The position numbers and the translations under genes were made by a program. The notes under the pieces were generated by a model, which had not been told where the DNA came from, made no database searches, and was given only the letters and a program-made list of their open reading frames with translations. Shown here in pieces: positions 6,540-16,245 of a stretch of 64,000 bases of DNA; position 1 is the first letter of the stretch, and each line of letters opens with the position of its first letter. This DNA comes from a virus (Duplodnaviria > Caudoviricetes), in the IMG/VR virus record IMGVR_UViG_2859725622_000004, positions 23,370-87,369 of that record. One strand, 5' to 3'.

Positions 6540-9215
6540 TTATTCCTCCAAATCATCAGGCATCATGAGCACCACAAAACGGGGTTGCTTACCGTCAATT
6601 CTGAGCGTTTTCTTGGTGATCCCCTTGCTCGGTTTATCCAACATACCGGCATCTGCCAGAACCTGAGCAAAAGCCACTGCATTAGCACCTACGGCTATCT
6701 CGTCGCGAAACACCGACGGGAAGGTATGGAATACCAATGTGTCGAGTCCCTGCTTTTTCTCCCGATACCCCGCTAAATCCTTTATTGGTAAATCTCGTGG
6801 ATCCGTTTCAGGGTGTGGTAAATAACGGCTATAACCGAAGCGTTGCAAGAAAGACTCAGCCTGTTCCGCCCATGCTTTTGACTCTCGGTTCCCCATACCA
6901 AAATCATTAACCCATGCATTAAAGCCATGCTGTAAAGCATCACGACACTCTTGTTCATTCCAACTGGTAAGGTGTTTGGAAAGTAGCAAAGCGGCTTCCA
7001 GTATGGCGAACCTCGATGCAACACGGCGTACCTGCTCACTGGCTTCATCGGGTAATAATGCTATCCACCGACGTTCCGCATCCCTGACAGCTTGCGCTGC
7101 CGCCTCTTTCTGACTGGCTAGACATTTTATCCATGCCCGCCCTACCGCACCGTAGTGGTCTTTACAGGCATCTCGCATAGCATCTGCATGCGCTTTACCG
7201 TCCTTATAGCCATGGTATTCAGTTGCTTTGGTAATAGGGACATTTAATAACCGCACCAGTTGGCCAGCGTTTACTTTGCCACCATCAGCTCTGATATAAC
7301 TTTCGAGATCGATCTCACCGGTACTGAATGCCATTGCGCGCCAGCGTTTCACATCCCGATTACCGCCCTCCTTGGCCCCCTGAATTTTGCCGACGCCGTT
7401 AAACAAAGCATAAGCAGCATCAGCAACTGCGCGTTTATTGCTGCCTTGCCCTATCTCATCCAGTGGCATAAAACCGTCATTGTGCGCCGCAGCTTCATTT
7501 ACCAATCCCAACGCTGTTGAGTACCACGTCAGCTTCAGCGCTTCGGGTTCGCCATAAACAGTGGTAGCTGCATTACCCGTCGTGGTTTTACCCGCGGAGG
7601 AGCCACCGAATAAATGAACACCAAAACCATCTGCACCAGCCAGACCAATCAGCGGAGCAGCAAAGGCGCAGGCAATACCCAACATCATGGAGGGATTACC
7701 TCGAGCAAGTTTGGCCACATTGTTGCGCCAGCTTTCTGGAGTCCCCTTGGTGGTGTAGCCTTTTGCCGCCGATGAGCGACCATTAAAGAGTACCGGGGTT
7801 GCAGGTGCGCCAATCACCGAACCATCCGGCATGATGTATGCCCCACACTGCCAGCCAGTAGCATTGGCAACTGTCCAAAGCTGCCGCTCTCCACTGCGTT
7901 GCAGGTAGTCAGCCAGTATTGCCCGTAATCCACTTTTGGCTGTGATAGATAAACCACCAGCCCGCAGCCGCGACCAACCTTCCCGTTCGCCAATGTCACG
8001 CATAGGTAAAGCTTCTGAACGTTTGGTATTGTTACCCTCCGGCGTCCAGGAGAGGATCAGATACCGCTCGTTATCGTCTTCACCTATCCCCGCAACTGAT
8101 ATCGGGTCACTCAGCCAGCTTTCTCTTTCCGTAATATTGCCGTTACTTTTATCCAGTTTGGGTTCAACCCAATACATGCCCCCTTTACGCTCATCAACAT
8201 ATGGACGCCTGACATCCTGAGGCTCCGCTACCGGAGGCTCCTCTTCTGCCAAAATATGTGGTTGATATAGAGAATCAGCAAACGCGGTAATACTCGCATC
8301 CAGTCCATACTGCTGACGATAATCATCCCAGTCGGCTTTATGGTCTGTCGGTGGTAAGGCAACCCAGCCATTCACCGCGGTAGCCGCTTTCTCAGCAGAT
8401 TCTTTCCCGACATTCTTTTCACCGGGTTTAAGATCGTTATCAGCAGCAATGATAATTTTCGCATCAGGCCAACGTTCCCGGCTGGCTTTCGCTATATGGA
8501 TCAGGTTCCCTTCATCAATAGCGGCCAGCACAACCCCATCACTCAGTAACGAAACTGTAACGCCGGTTGCGTTACCCTCCGCAATTAACACCGTTACAAC
8601 CAGCTCATCATTCAGTGCAGTTGGAAGTCTCACTGGAATGAATGAACCTTTCTTGATGGTGCCGGATATCAGTCGTTTGGTGCCATCAGGCTTAATCACC
8701 TGCGCACCCTTTACTACGCCCTCCATTGTTTGCAGTACCAGCAGCAAAGAACCGTCACTCAATAAGGCTTGAGGGGGGCTTGGAAGCCCCTTATTAAGTA
8801 GGTACTGAGATTCGCCAGGTACCGTTTTCGCCACCAGCTCCGCAACCTTATCCGCTATCGGGATACTGGGTTGTACCGGCTGTTTTACAGATTTAGCAGG
8901 TACCGTCGCAGACACTCGCGAGTCGGGATCCATTCCCAGTGCATCTGCTACCATGACCGCCGCCTCAGTGGAGGTGCATTGCTTAACTTTCTGTACCAGC
9001 TCAAGCCCATCACCGGCACCACACTGATTACAGAAATGGGTCCCACGTCCATCCTGATCATCAAATCGGAATCTGTCTTTGCCACCACATGCCGGACAAG
9101 CAGAATGGTCGCGAGGTCGTTCCGGTACATCAATACCGAGGTAACCAAGAATATCGCGCCAACGGTTGGTAGCCTGAGCCGTAACTTCACGGATCATGTC
9201 GATGGATGGCTTCAT
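6540..9215 (-). CDS. Primase-helicase (zinc ribbon + TOPRIM + DUF927/SF3-type helicase)
   Basis: CPACGGKDRFRFDD..CNQC, IAEGNATG, IIIAADND, Walker A GGSSAGKTT. Confidence 0.9.
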   Translation of the reverse strand: MKPSIDMIREVTAQATNRWRDILGYLGIDVPERPRDHSACPACGGKDRFRFDDQDGRGTHFCNQCGAGDGLELVQKVKQCTSTEAAVMVADALGMDPDSRVSATVPAKSVKQPVQPSIPIADKVAELVAKTVPGESQYLLNKGLPSPPQALLSDGSLLLVLQTMEGVVKGAQVIKPDGTKRLISGTIKKGSFIPVRLPTALNDELVVTVLIAEGNATGVTVSLLSDGVVLAAIDEGNLIHIAKASRERWPDAKIIIAADNDLKPGEKNVGKESAEKAATAVNGWVALPPTDHKADWDDYRQQYGLDASITAFADSLYQPHILAEEEPPVAEPQDVRRPYVDERKGGMYWVEPKLDKSNGNITERESWLSDPISVAGIGEDDNERYLILSWTPEGNNTKRSEALPMRDIGEREGWSRLRAGGLSITAKSGLRAILADYLQRSGERQLWTVANATGWQCGAYIMPDGSVIGAPATPVLFNGRSSAAKGYTTKGTPESWRNNVAKLARGNPSMMLGIACAFAAPLIGLAGADGFGVHLFGGSSAGKTTTGNAATTVYGEPEALKLTWYSTALGLVNEAAAHNDGFMPLDEIGQGSNKRAVADAAYALFNGVGKIQGAKEGGNRDVKRWRAMAFSTGEIDLESYIRADGGKVNAGQLVRLLNVPITKATEYHGYKDGKAHADAMRDACKDHYGAVGRAWIKCLASQKEAAAQAVRDAERRWIALLPDEASEQVRRVASRFAILEAALLLSKHLTSWNEQECRDALQHGFNAWVNDFGMGNRESKAWAEQAESFLQRFGYSRYLPHPETDPRDLPIKDLAGYREKKQGLDTLVFHTFPSVFRDEIAVGANAVAFAQVLADAGMLDKPSKGITKKTLRIDGKQPRFVVLMMPDDLEE

Positions 9216-9607
9216 GCTGCACCGTCCTGACTGAATACCAGCCCATGCCGGTTATCGTGAGGATTAGCCAAAGTCTCTACGACTGTAGCCTTCATGACTT
9301 CCGTCATTGTCTCGACGCCGTGCGGTGTCAATTTACTGTTATCCTTACTCAGCATCTGAGTGTAGGTTTCCACAAGGATCCGCGAGCCGTCATCACGCCC
9401 GAATTCCTGAAAACAAAGCACTTCCAAAGAATGAATAAGGCAATTACAAATTGCTGCCTCAGTTAAATTTTCCAGAACAACAACCTTTCTAGAATTAATA
9501 ATGACATTGGCAATGGATTCGCCTCTATTTCGTTTCTGACAATAAGCGATAAATGCCACTGCAATATGTTTACGATTTAATTCGATTGAATGATTCAGGT
9601 TCGTCAT
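9212..9607 (-). CDS. Hypothetical protein
   Basis: ORF coupled to primase by ATGA overlap. Confidence 0.65.
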   Translation of the reverse strand: MTNLNHSIELNRKHIAVAFIAYCQKRNRGESIANVIINSRKVVVLENLTEAAICNCLIHSLEVLCFQEFGRDDGSRILVETYTQMLSKDNSKLTPHGVETMTEVMKATVVETLANPHDNRHGLVFSQDGAA

Positions 9608-9720
9608 AAATATATCCTTTCCTTTCATCAGGCCGAGCGAGTCCCCAGCCTGATGGCTGTTATTTTTGAGATGTTGGAATGCTAACTAATTAAATACAGA
9701 GCATTTAGCTATTGGCTTTA

Positions 9721-9924
9721 TCAAGGCGCTCCATTTTGTCCAGCCTCCCGCTCAAGCAAATGAACCGCAACTGGCCCGGCGAGATCCAGTGCTAGACCTA
9801 GTAATTCCTTTTCGTCAGTAGTATCTAATTCAACATTGGATTCAAACATCAACAGCAAGAGAGCATTTAATTGACCAGCCTTATGCGTGGCAATATCCAG
9901 AGGTACTGATTCATTGGCTTTCAT
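9721..9924 (-). CDS. Hypothetical satellite-type small protein
   Basis: 67-aa ORF in tightly packed operon. Confidence 0.6.
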   Translation of the reverse strand: MKANESVPLDIATHKAGQLNALLLLMFESNVELDTTDEKELLGLALDLAGPVAVHLLEREAGQNGAP

Positions 9925-9926
9925 GG

Positions 9927-10097
9927 TTATGCTCTCCCGATAAAGGTAAATTCAGCGACGAACCGTGCCAGTGGCATAATGCAGGGCGATGAATATCCGT
10001 CACGGCTAAAAGTAACGCGATTAAAGGCAACATTATCGACAGTGACCAATGAGCCATGACTGTCTTTGTAACGATCATTTGGCAGCGGTTCGCGCAT
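9927..10097 (-). CDS. DUF4222-like small protein
   Basis: Hand-translated MREPLPNDRYKDSHGSLVTVDNVAFNRVTFSRDGYSSPCIMPLARFVAEFTFIGRA. Confidence 0.7.
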   Translation of the reverse strand: MREPLPNDRYKDSHGSLVTVDNVAFNRVTFSRDGYSSPCIMPLARFVAEFTFIGRA

Positions 10098-10272
10098 AAT
10101 TCACCCCCTCGATATTTTTCGCCGCTTTTTCAGCGCGATCCATAGCAATCCAAAGAAGTTCGTAACCCGTGTCGTTACCATCCTCACTAGCAATCAGCAT
10201 TGAACTGACTTTTAAAATTGAAGCAATTTGACTGAGAAGATCGGAAACTTCGCAGGGCGCTAATTTATCCAT
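10075..10272 (-). CDS. Hypothetical small protein
   Basis: 65-aa ORF overlapping both neighbours. Confidence 0.55.
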   Translation of the reverse strand: MDKLAPCEVSDLLSQIASILKVSSMLIASEDGNDTGYELLWIAMDRAEKAAKNIEGVNYARTAAK

Positions 10273-11059
10273 GAGTCACCCCCATAACATCGGACAGATT
10301 GATGCTATGTACTGCCAGCCATGCTTCGCGAGGCCATGATTTTACAGAGCCATACTGTGGATCCGGCACAATCTCAGGTTTAAAGTCATTCTCAAGACAC
10401 CATTTCCGCAACGGATGCCACGCAAACTTCTGATGAGTCACATTTTCTACAGCTTTCACCGTGGCATGCTTTGTACTTTCCCCCAACCGTTCTTCCAGTA
10501 CACGACATTTGCGAGTAGCTGCACTTAGTTTGCCGAGGGCGCTGGCTTCACGTTTACGGCTAATCTGACCTTTGGTACGAATAGCTTTATCAGCACGCTG
10601 CTTTTCAGCTAAGCGGCCTTGCTCGGAGTCGATAGCCAGTTGAAGGATTTCCAAGCGACTGAGGTCGGGAATAGTTGCAGGTGCTGGCAATGCATCCCGT
10701 CGGGAAAAGTAAAACTCAGTGAGGTCATTGAAGTAGTCCCACGCCTGATCCGTTTCTAACATCTTCGCGTGATTGGCCGCACCGCGCTCAGTCCAGAGCA
10801 TAAGTGAGCGAGTTTTTGGCGAGATTTGCAGTTCGCTTAAAACTAGTCGCAAATTGTTGAGTTCAGTACCAACCACTTTGAAGAAGTGCTTACCCTCAAC
10901 AAAGCGGGATTTATTTTCATGGTGGTTTTGCTGAATACGGATCACCGTTGTGCCATACCCAGCCGCCAGCTGCTCAGTAGTTGCCACACGCTGACGGCGA
11001 TACTCAATAACCTGCAAATCTTTGGCCGCTACCAGAGCCAACTCAGTTTTTTTAGACAT
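10265..11059 (-). CDS. ORF6N-domain phage antirepressor-like protein
   Basis: VIEYRRQRVATTEQLAAGYG...RFVEGKHFFKV...LWTERGAANHAKMLETDQAW. Confidence 0.8.
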   Translation of the reverse strand: MSKKTELALVAAKDLQVIEYRRQRVATTEQLAAGYGTTVIRIQQNHHENKSRFVEGKHFFKVVGTELNNLRLVLSELQISPKTRSLMLWTERGAANHAKMLETDQAWDYFNDLTEFYFSRRDALPAPATIPDLSRLEILQLAIDSEQGRLAEKQRADKAIRTKGQISRKREASALGKLSAATRKCRVLEERLGESTKHATVKAVENVTHQKFAWHPLRKWCLENDFKPEIVPDPQYGSVKSWPREAWLAVHSINLSDVMGVTHG

Positions 11060-11510
11060 TGCACACCCCCTGCTCATTTTTCGCGTCATGCTCTTCAAAC
11101 CGTACGATGTTATGTACCGCCTCAGCCCACCAATACACCTGCAATCGTTGCTGCTCGTTCTCAATCAGAGGAATAACAACCGTCAACAAATGAAGCAGAC
11201 CTTCTTTAACGCGAAGTAACCGAGTGCGAGATATATTCTCGCTGGTATCAGGGATTGGCTTACCACGGCTGCCCATCAGTTCAGCAATCAGGGCTTGAGT
11301 TTCTTTGTATGAAGGTGGGTAGATATCATCCTCATCAAGGAGCTGCATGATGCTGGTGATCTGAACGTTGCTTAACCGGCGCTCTGTAGCCCCCAAGAGA
11401 ACAGTGACAGATGCTTTATCAAGGCTTTCAGCTTCACCACACCATGACAGTTTGAGAGCACCACCAGCAGCGTCTAATGCGCTAAATTCAACACGGTATT
11501 TTTTAAGCAT
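11052..11510 (-). CDS. Hypothetical protein
   Basis: 152-aa ORF, overlaps neighbours by 8 nt each side. Confidence 0.6.
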   Translation of the reverse strand: MLKKYRVEFSALDAAGGALKLSWCGEAESLDKASVTVLLGATERRLSNVQITSIMQLLDEDDIYPPSYKETQALIAELMGSRGKPIPDTSENISRTRLLRVKEGLLHLLTVVIPLIENEQQRLQVYWWAEAVHNIVRFEEHDAKNEQGVCNV

Positions 11511-11697
11511 TGCATACCCCCTGTGCAGGAATACGACCAGCAAAGGAAAGTACGAACTGACCAGCCAGAAAGCGGCGGGCATCTTGTTCAGAATGGGCAG
11601 TGACTGATTCACGGTGTGGCTTAGCGTTCAAGTCAGAACGGCACACGGCGAGAAAGAGATACTGAAATTTAGGGCGAGTTTGGGTATGATTTAACAT
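11503..11697 (-). CDS. Host cell-division inhibitor Icd-like protein (C-terminus of a longer open frame to 12579)
   Basis: HTQTRPKFQYLFLAV...SEQDARRFLAGQFVLSFAGRIP; SD GAGGT before ATG. Confidence 0.75.
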   Translation of the reverse strand: MLNHTQTRPKFQYLFLAVCRSDLNAKPHRESVTAHSEQDARRFLAGQFVLSFAGRIPAQGVCNA

Positions 11698-11905
11698 AGC
11701 TACCTCGATACTCAATCTATCGTTGGTGGTAAGAGGCCCGGTTAGTGTTAGCGCACTGCTGGGCTTCGTTATTTTGTGTACTGCCTGTGCCTTATCTGTG
11801 GATAAGGTGTGATTTAAATTACAATCAAATGAATCACACATCAAGTGTTTTGTGTGATTTGATTTCATGTATACTGAATCACACGTTTTATTCAAGGTGC
11901 TGAAC

Positions 11906-12238
11906 ATGGCAACAAATACGGTTAACGACAAATCAAAACAAATATCCATTCGCATTCCACACGATGTAATGGACGGAATGGAAGCGGTAAAAATGGATGG
12001 TGAAAGTAATGCCGGTTTTATCGTTTCCGCTATGCAGGGTGAGATAGCCCGCCGCCAACTCAAAGAGAGCGACGAAAATAAGTTGCTGTCCAACCTCAAT
12101 GGCGCACTAGAAGCACTAGCTCGTATCGAAGAGATCGGTACGAAGGCAGGGGAAAATATCAAGGCCATCGTTGACGTAGCGCAGAGTGAGATCAAACGCC
12201 GCCAGCGCAAAAAGGCCAAGGCCGAACCATCTGAGTAA
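11906..12238 (+). CDS. YlcI/YnfO-family ribbon-helix-helix regulator
   Basis: KSKQISIRIPHDV...ESNAGFIVSAMQGEIARRQ; followed by hairpin terminator 12243-12272. Confidence 0.75.
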   Translation: MATNTVNDKSKQISIRIPHDVMDGMEAVKMDGESNAGFIVSAMQGEIARRQLKESDENKLLSNLNGALEALARIEEIGTKAGENIKAIVDVAQSEIKRRQRKKAKAEPSE

Positions 12239-12575
12239 CCCAGAAGGGTAGCATTCACAGTGCTACCCTTTTCTTTGCCTGAACCCGAATACTGTTCGTG
12301 TTTGGTTAAACTCGGTGAGTTGCCGTTTTTGAGCAGTGTTTGCTGAGCCAAATATTTGGCTGAGCGGTAATCTCCATTATATTCTGGAGATTGGTATAGA
12401 TTGCTTGCTCCAGGTACTACGGAAGTTTCGTAGTTTAAATTTTGAGCGTCAGTATTACTGACTTTCAACTGCTCCGAAATTAACGGGTTAGTCTCCGACT
12501 CGCTCAAAGATAGTCGGTTCAGGGTGCCAGCCAAGGGAAATGCCTTTTTCTGGCTGGCTACTGGAGTTGTAAGCA

Positions 12576-13088
12576 TCATGCCACCACCTCCACACGCAGA
12601 CCTTTAGCCGTGTAGCCCTGAACCTGCTTACCATTCACACGAACCCTCTTTTTAGTCAGTAAGCGGATGTGGTCACCGTATACATGAAGTAATTTTCCAT
12701 CTAAAGCGACCTCGTTATAACCATATCGAGGCTTATGTGACACCTGCACAAATAGGCCACAAGCCTTGCTATTAGCGGGAACTGGTGCGACAACCCCCTT
12801 ATCTTTGCCGGTTACTCGATACAACCAGAATCGTCCGTCTTTCCCTGTCAGCTTCCGAGTACGAACCGGCACATAGCCAGCTTTGTGCATGGCTACACTG
12901 AACGCTGAATCATCGGGATAATACTGGCGACGAATATTGGCAGGGACAGAAATAGCGAAACTTTGCTTAGTCCAATACTCTGTCCATTGATCTACAAACT
13001 CGATAGGCAAACCATTAACGTTAATACCGCTGAGTACGATTTTAGGCTGAGTTTGGGTACTGCCAATTAAGGCATTTAATTTTTTCAT
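12576..13088 (-). CDS. Hypothetical protein
   Basis: 170-aa ORF downstream of alpA. Confidence 0.65.
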   Translation of the reverse strand: MKKLNALIGSTQTQPKIVLSGINVNGLPIEFVDQWTEYWTKQSFAISVPANIRRQYYPDDSAFSVAMHKAGYVPVRTRKLTGKDGRFWLYRVTGKDKGVVAPVPANSKACGLFVQVSHKPRYGYNEVALDGKLLHVYGDHIRLLTKKRVRVNGKQVQGYTAKGLRVEVVA

Positions 13089-13196
13089 GTTTAATTACTC
13101 TTCGTTAAATCGTTTGGTGTCTGTAGCGACGGAAATCAAATATTGGATTAAACCAAATGCAAGTACACGCAAGTAATGCACACCCTATATGCTTAA

Positions 13197-13403
13197 TTAG
13201 GCGACCTCCTTGCGGGATTCAGCAATGCGTTGGTTGATCCATTCGTCAATTTCGCTTTCAACGAAGGCAATAGCACGTATGCCGATTTTTACGGAAGTGG
13301 GGAATTTCCCATGGGAAATAAGGCGGTATATCCAAGCTTTGCTGTAACCGGTACGGCGCTGGACCTCTCCAAGGCGGATCAGTGAGTGTGTACTTTGTGG
13401 CAT
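13197..13403 (-). CDS. alpA: AlpA-family transcriptional regulator/excisionase
   Basis: LIRLGEVQRRTGYSKAWIYRLISHGKFP...IAFVESEIDEWI. Confidence 0.93.
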   Translation of the reverse strand: MPQSTHSLIRLGEVQRRTGYSKAWIYRLISHGKFPTSVKIGIRAIAFVESEIDEWINQRIAESRKEVA

Positions 13404-13512
13404 ATAGCCCCCTGTATTAGTCTATTGAGGATGACAGGGGGATTCTCCGTTCAATTCTTGTTACTCGATAGATATGTACACAAAAAACATTCCTCTATGT
13501 TTTATGTCGCTA

Positions 13513-14481
13513 TCAGTTTTCAGCGAGTTTCAGTATATCTGAAAATCTCATATTTTTGAGATACTCATTTTTCTTAACGAAAAAAATCATCTCCCGAAGG
13601 AGATCATTGCTAACTATCTTTTCAATAAAAGGTTTTACAGTATCTTTAATTTGAGAACTACTTATTACATCATAATCATATTCAGACAAGGGGAATAATA
13701 TCCTTGCATACATCTCGTTACTGATCTTCTTTTTACAGGCCTTTTCCCAAATCATTAAATCAATAAATGGAATTACTTTGTAAGTTATTATTTTCTTTAA
13801 GGTAGAAAGTCCAACTCTATTTACGGCCCTATCTGGTTCATCAATACCAGACTCAACCCTCCAATTTTTTATCATTTCCTTGAATTCAGTAATCAATTCT
13901 TCATCAGAGAATTCTTCAAGGTTAAGTTTAATAACCACCTCTCCACTAAAACTCTCCCCTAAATAATCAACATTGGTAATTTCCCTACCAACATGTGTAC
14001 CCTGAACCTCCACAAAACCGTTTTGGTTATCAACTATATAACCGTGTCGTCTTAGAGCGTTATAGTATGAAATTAAGTCACCAACCATAAATGGAGCGCA
14101 TGCCAATCCAGAAGTAAATGGTTCATCCTTGGACACATTATGATAATCGCGAGAGACAATGGGCCATCCATTAAACTGCAATGTGATATCTTTGATATTT
14201 TCTTCAGTATCATTCTCACTCTCTGAACAACCTTCTCCAAGGTTATGTAAGTAGGCTGATAGTGAATTAATATGGCCTTTTTTCAAACCATCGATAAAAC
14301 TTAATCTTGATTCATTCATTTCTTTAGCACGCATTAACGTGTCACTGTCATCACCTTCAAAGAGCAAGAAAATCCTGAACTCAATATCTTTCAAAATTTC
14401 ATCTATTGTGAATTCCAATAACTCTTCATATCTTGATACATTAAACCAAGAAAGGATTTCCTGTGCCTTCACTCTAACCAT
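13513..14481 (-). CDS. AT-rich hypothetical protein (DUF6387-like) between int and alpA
   Basis: 322-aa ORF, low GC; family name from recollection only. Confidence 0.65.
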   Translation of the reverse strand: MVRVKAQEILSWFNVSRYEELLEFTIDEILKDIEFRIFLLFEGDDSDTLMRAKEMNESRLSFIDGLKKGHINSLSAYLHNLGEGCSESENDTEENIKDITLQFNGWPIVSRDYHNVSKDEPFTSGLACAPFMVGDLISYYNALRRHGYIVDNQNGFVEVQGTHVGREITNVDYLGESFSGEVVIKLNLEEFSDEELITEFKEMIKNWRVESGIDEPDRAVNRVGLSTLKKIITYKVIPFIDLMIWEKACKKKISNEMYARILFPLSEYDYDVISSSQIKDTVKPFIEKIVSNDLLREMIFFVKKNEYLKNMRFSDILKLAEN

Positions 14482-14745
14482 AATGCTACCTCCCGCCCTC
14501 TTTAAATTAGGGACCATACCCGCCAGTAAAAATACTGGTTTTCGGAAACCGCCTAGACATAGCCTTATTCTCTTGAGGTCTACTATAAATCACCACTGTA
14601 TACTCGTCCAGCATCCACCCTCCCCATGCGCAGCATCACTTCACATTTTCACATCAAACTGTAGTGAAAAATTTCGGCTTATCGATTACAGATTTAGGGT
14701 GATTTAGCTGAGAAAAAGCCAGGTTTTCGGGAGATAACGCGATTA

Positions 14746-14858
14746 GGGTCGGTTCAAATGGCCTAAAGTCGGTTCAGGGTCGGTTCAAAAAATGAATTAA
14801 TTAACCTATAAATCAACAAACTAAAATATTGAACCGACTGAACCTACTGAACCGACCC
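14746..14858. repeat. 3+3 inverted 9-mer iteron array around an AT-rich core
   Basis: GTCGGTTCA at 14748, 14768, 14779; TGAACCGAC-type at 14830, 14839 (1 mismatch), 14848. Confidence 0.85.
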
Positions 14859-14892
14859 TTTTTTATTCCTCACGGAAGAATTTTATCCAAAA

Positions 14893-16080
14893 CTAATCTT
14901 TTGACTGACGTTCCAGGCTATCCATATAGTCGGCATACCACTGAAGCATTTCCCTGCGACCATCAAGATACTGAGCGTGATTATAGGTGCCACGAATGCT
15001 GTTCTTATCGACGTGGGCCAACTGTGTTTCTATCCACGCAGTATTAAACCCCTGTTCATGCAAAATGGTACTCATAGTGTGACGGAAACCATGACCAGTG
15101 GCTTTACCATGATAACCAATACGTTTTATGACCTGATTAATACTGGCTTCGCTCATTGGCTTTAAGCTGTCATTACGACCGGGGAATACCAGTTTAAATC
15201 GCCCAGTAATCTCATGTAATTGACGCAGTAATGCCAAAACTTGCTCTGATAAGGGAACCAAGTGAGGACGACGCATTTTCATTCTGGCGGTGGGAACTTC
15301 CCAGACGGCTTTGTCCAAGTCAAATTCTAGCCACTCAGCGGCCCGTAGTTCAGTTGTACGAACACCAGTAAGCATCAGTAGCCGTGTTGCTATTCGAGTG
15401 ACTGTACTGCCACTATAGGCATTGAGAGCGTTAAGGTATGCGGGAAGCTCGTTAGCTAAGAGGTGGGGGTAATGCGTGTGCTTCTGAACCGCCAGAGCGC
15501 CAGCTAGTTCACTTGCTGGATTGTTCTCTGCCCTGCCGGTTACGATTGCATAACGGAAAGTTTGGCTGCATGCCTGACGGATCTTACGCATTTTATCGAG
15601 GACGCCGCGCTTTTCTAACTTGCGTAGGGTTTCGAGAATTTCTAGAGGTTTGATTTCGGCAATTGGACGTTTTCCAACGTAAGGGAATATGTCTTTTTCG
15701 AACGACTCCATTAAATCATCAGCATAACCTTTGGACCAATTGGGCCTTTTGTAGGCATGCCATTCTCTGGCTAGAGCTTCGAACGTGTTATCAATGCTGA
15801 CTTTTCTGGTTTGTTTTTCTACTTTTTTTTCTTCACCAGGGTCGCCGCCCACAGCAAGTATACGCTTAGCCTCATCTCTTTTTGCTCTGGCTTCAGCGAG
15901 AGTGATATCAGGATAGACCCCAAATGCTAGCAATTTTTCTTTACCGGCGATCCGATACTTCAGCCGCCAACAACGTGAACCAGTAGTTTTTACTAACAAA
16001 AATAATCCACCTCCATCAGATAGCTTATAGGGCTTCTCTTTTGGCTTTGCAGTATCGACCTGTCGGGCGTTCAGTTTCAT
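14893..16080 (-). CDS. int: P4-family tyrosine integrase
   Basis: MKLNARQVDTAKPKEKPYKLSDGGGL arm domain; R, HGFR, H, Y catalytic residues. Confidence 0.95.
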   Translation of the reverse strand: MKLNARQVDTAKPKEKPYKLSDGGGLFLLVKTTGSRCWRLKYRIAGKEKLLAFGVYPDITLAEARAKRDEAKRILAVGGDPGEEKKVEKQTRKVSIDNTFEALAREWHAYKRPNWSKGYADDLMESFEKDIFPYVGKRPIAEIKPLEILETLRKLEKRGVLDKMRKIRQACSQTFRYAIVTGRAENNPASELAGALAVQKHTHYPHLLANELPAYLNALNAYSGSTVTRIATRLLMLTGVRTTELRAAEWLEFDLDKAVWEVPTARMKMRRPHLVPLSEQVLALLRQLHEITGRFKLVFPGRNDSLKPMSEASINQVIKRIGYHGKATGHGFRHTMSTILHEQGFNTAWIETQLAHVDKNSIRGTYNHAQYLDGRREMLQWYADYMDSLERQSKD

Positions 16081-16245
16081 GTGGGGGTATCTCACTTCAT
16101 TGAACCTAGACATACCCCCAATAGTACCCCCACTTTGTTGTTGATTGCAGTGGATGCAGGTAGACGTTGGGATGCTAGGAATTGTCAGAGAGGCTGATTA
16201 TATAAGGGATTAGTAGACTTAGATAGACGTTAGAAGAGGTATAGA

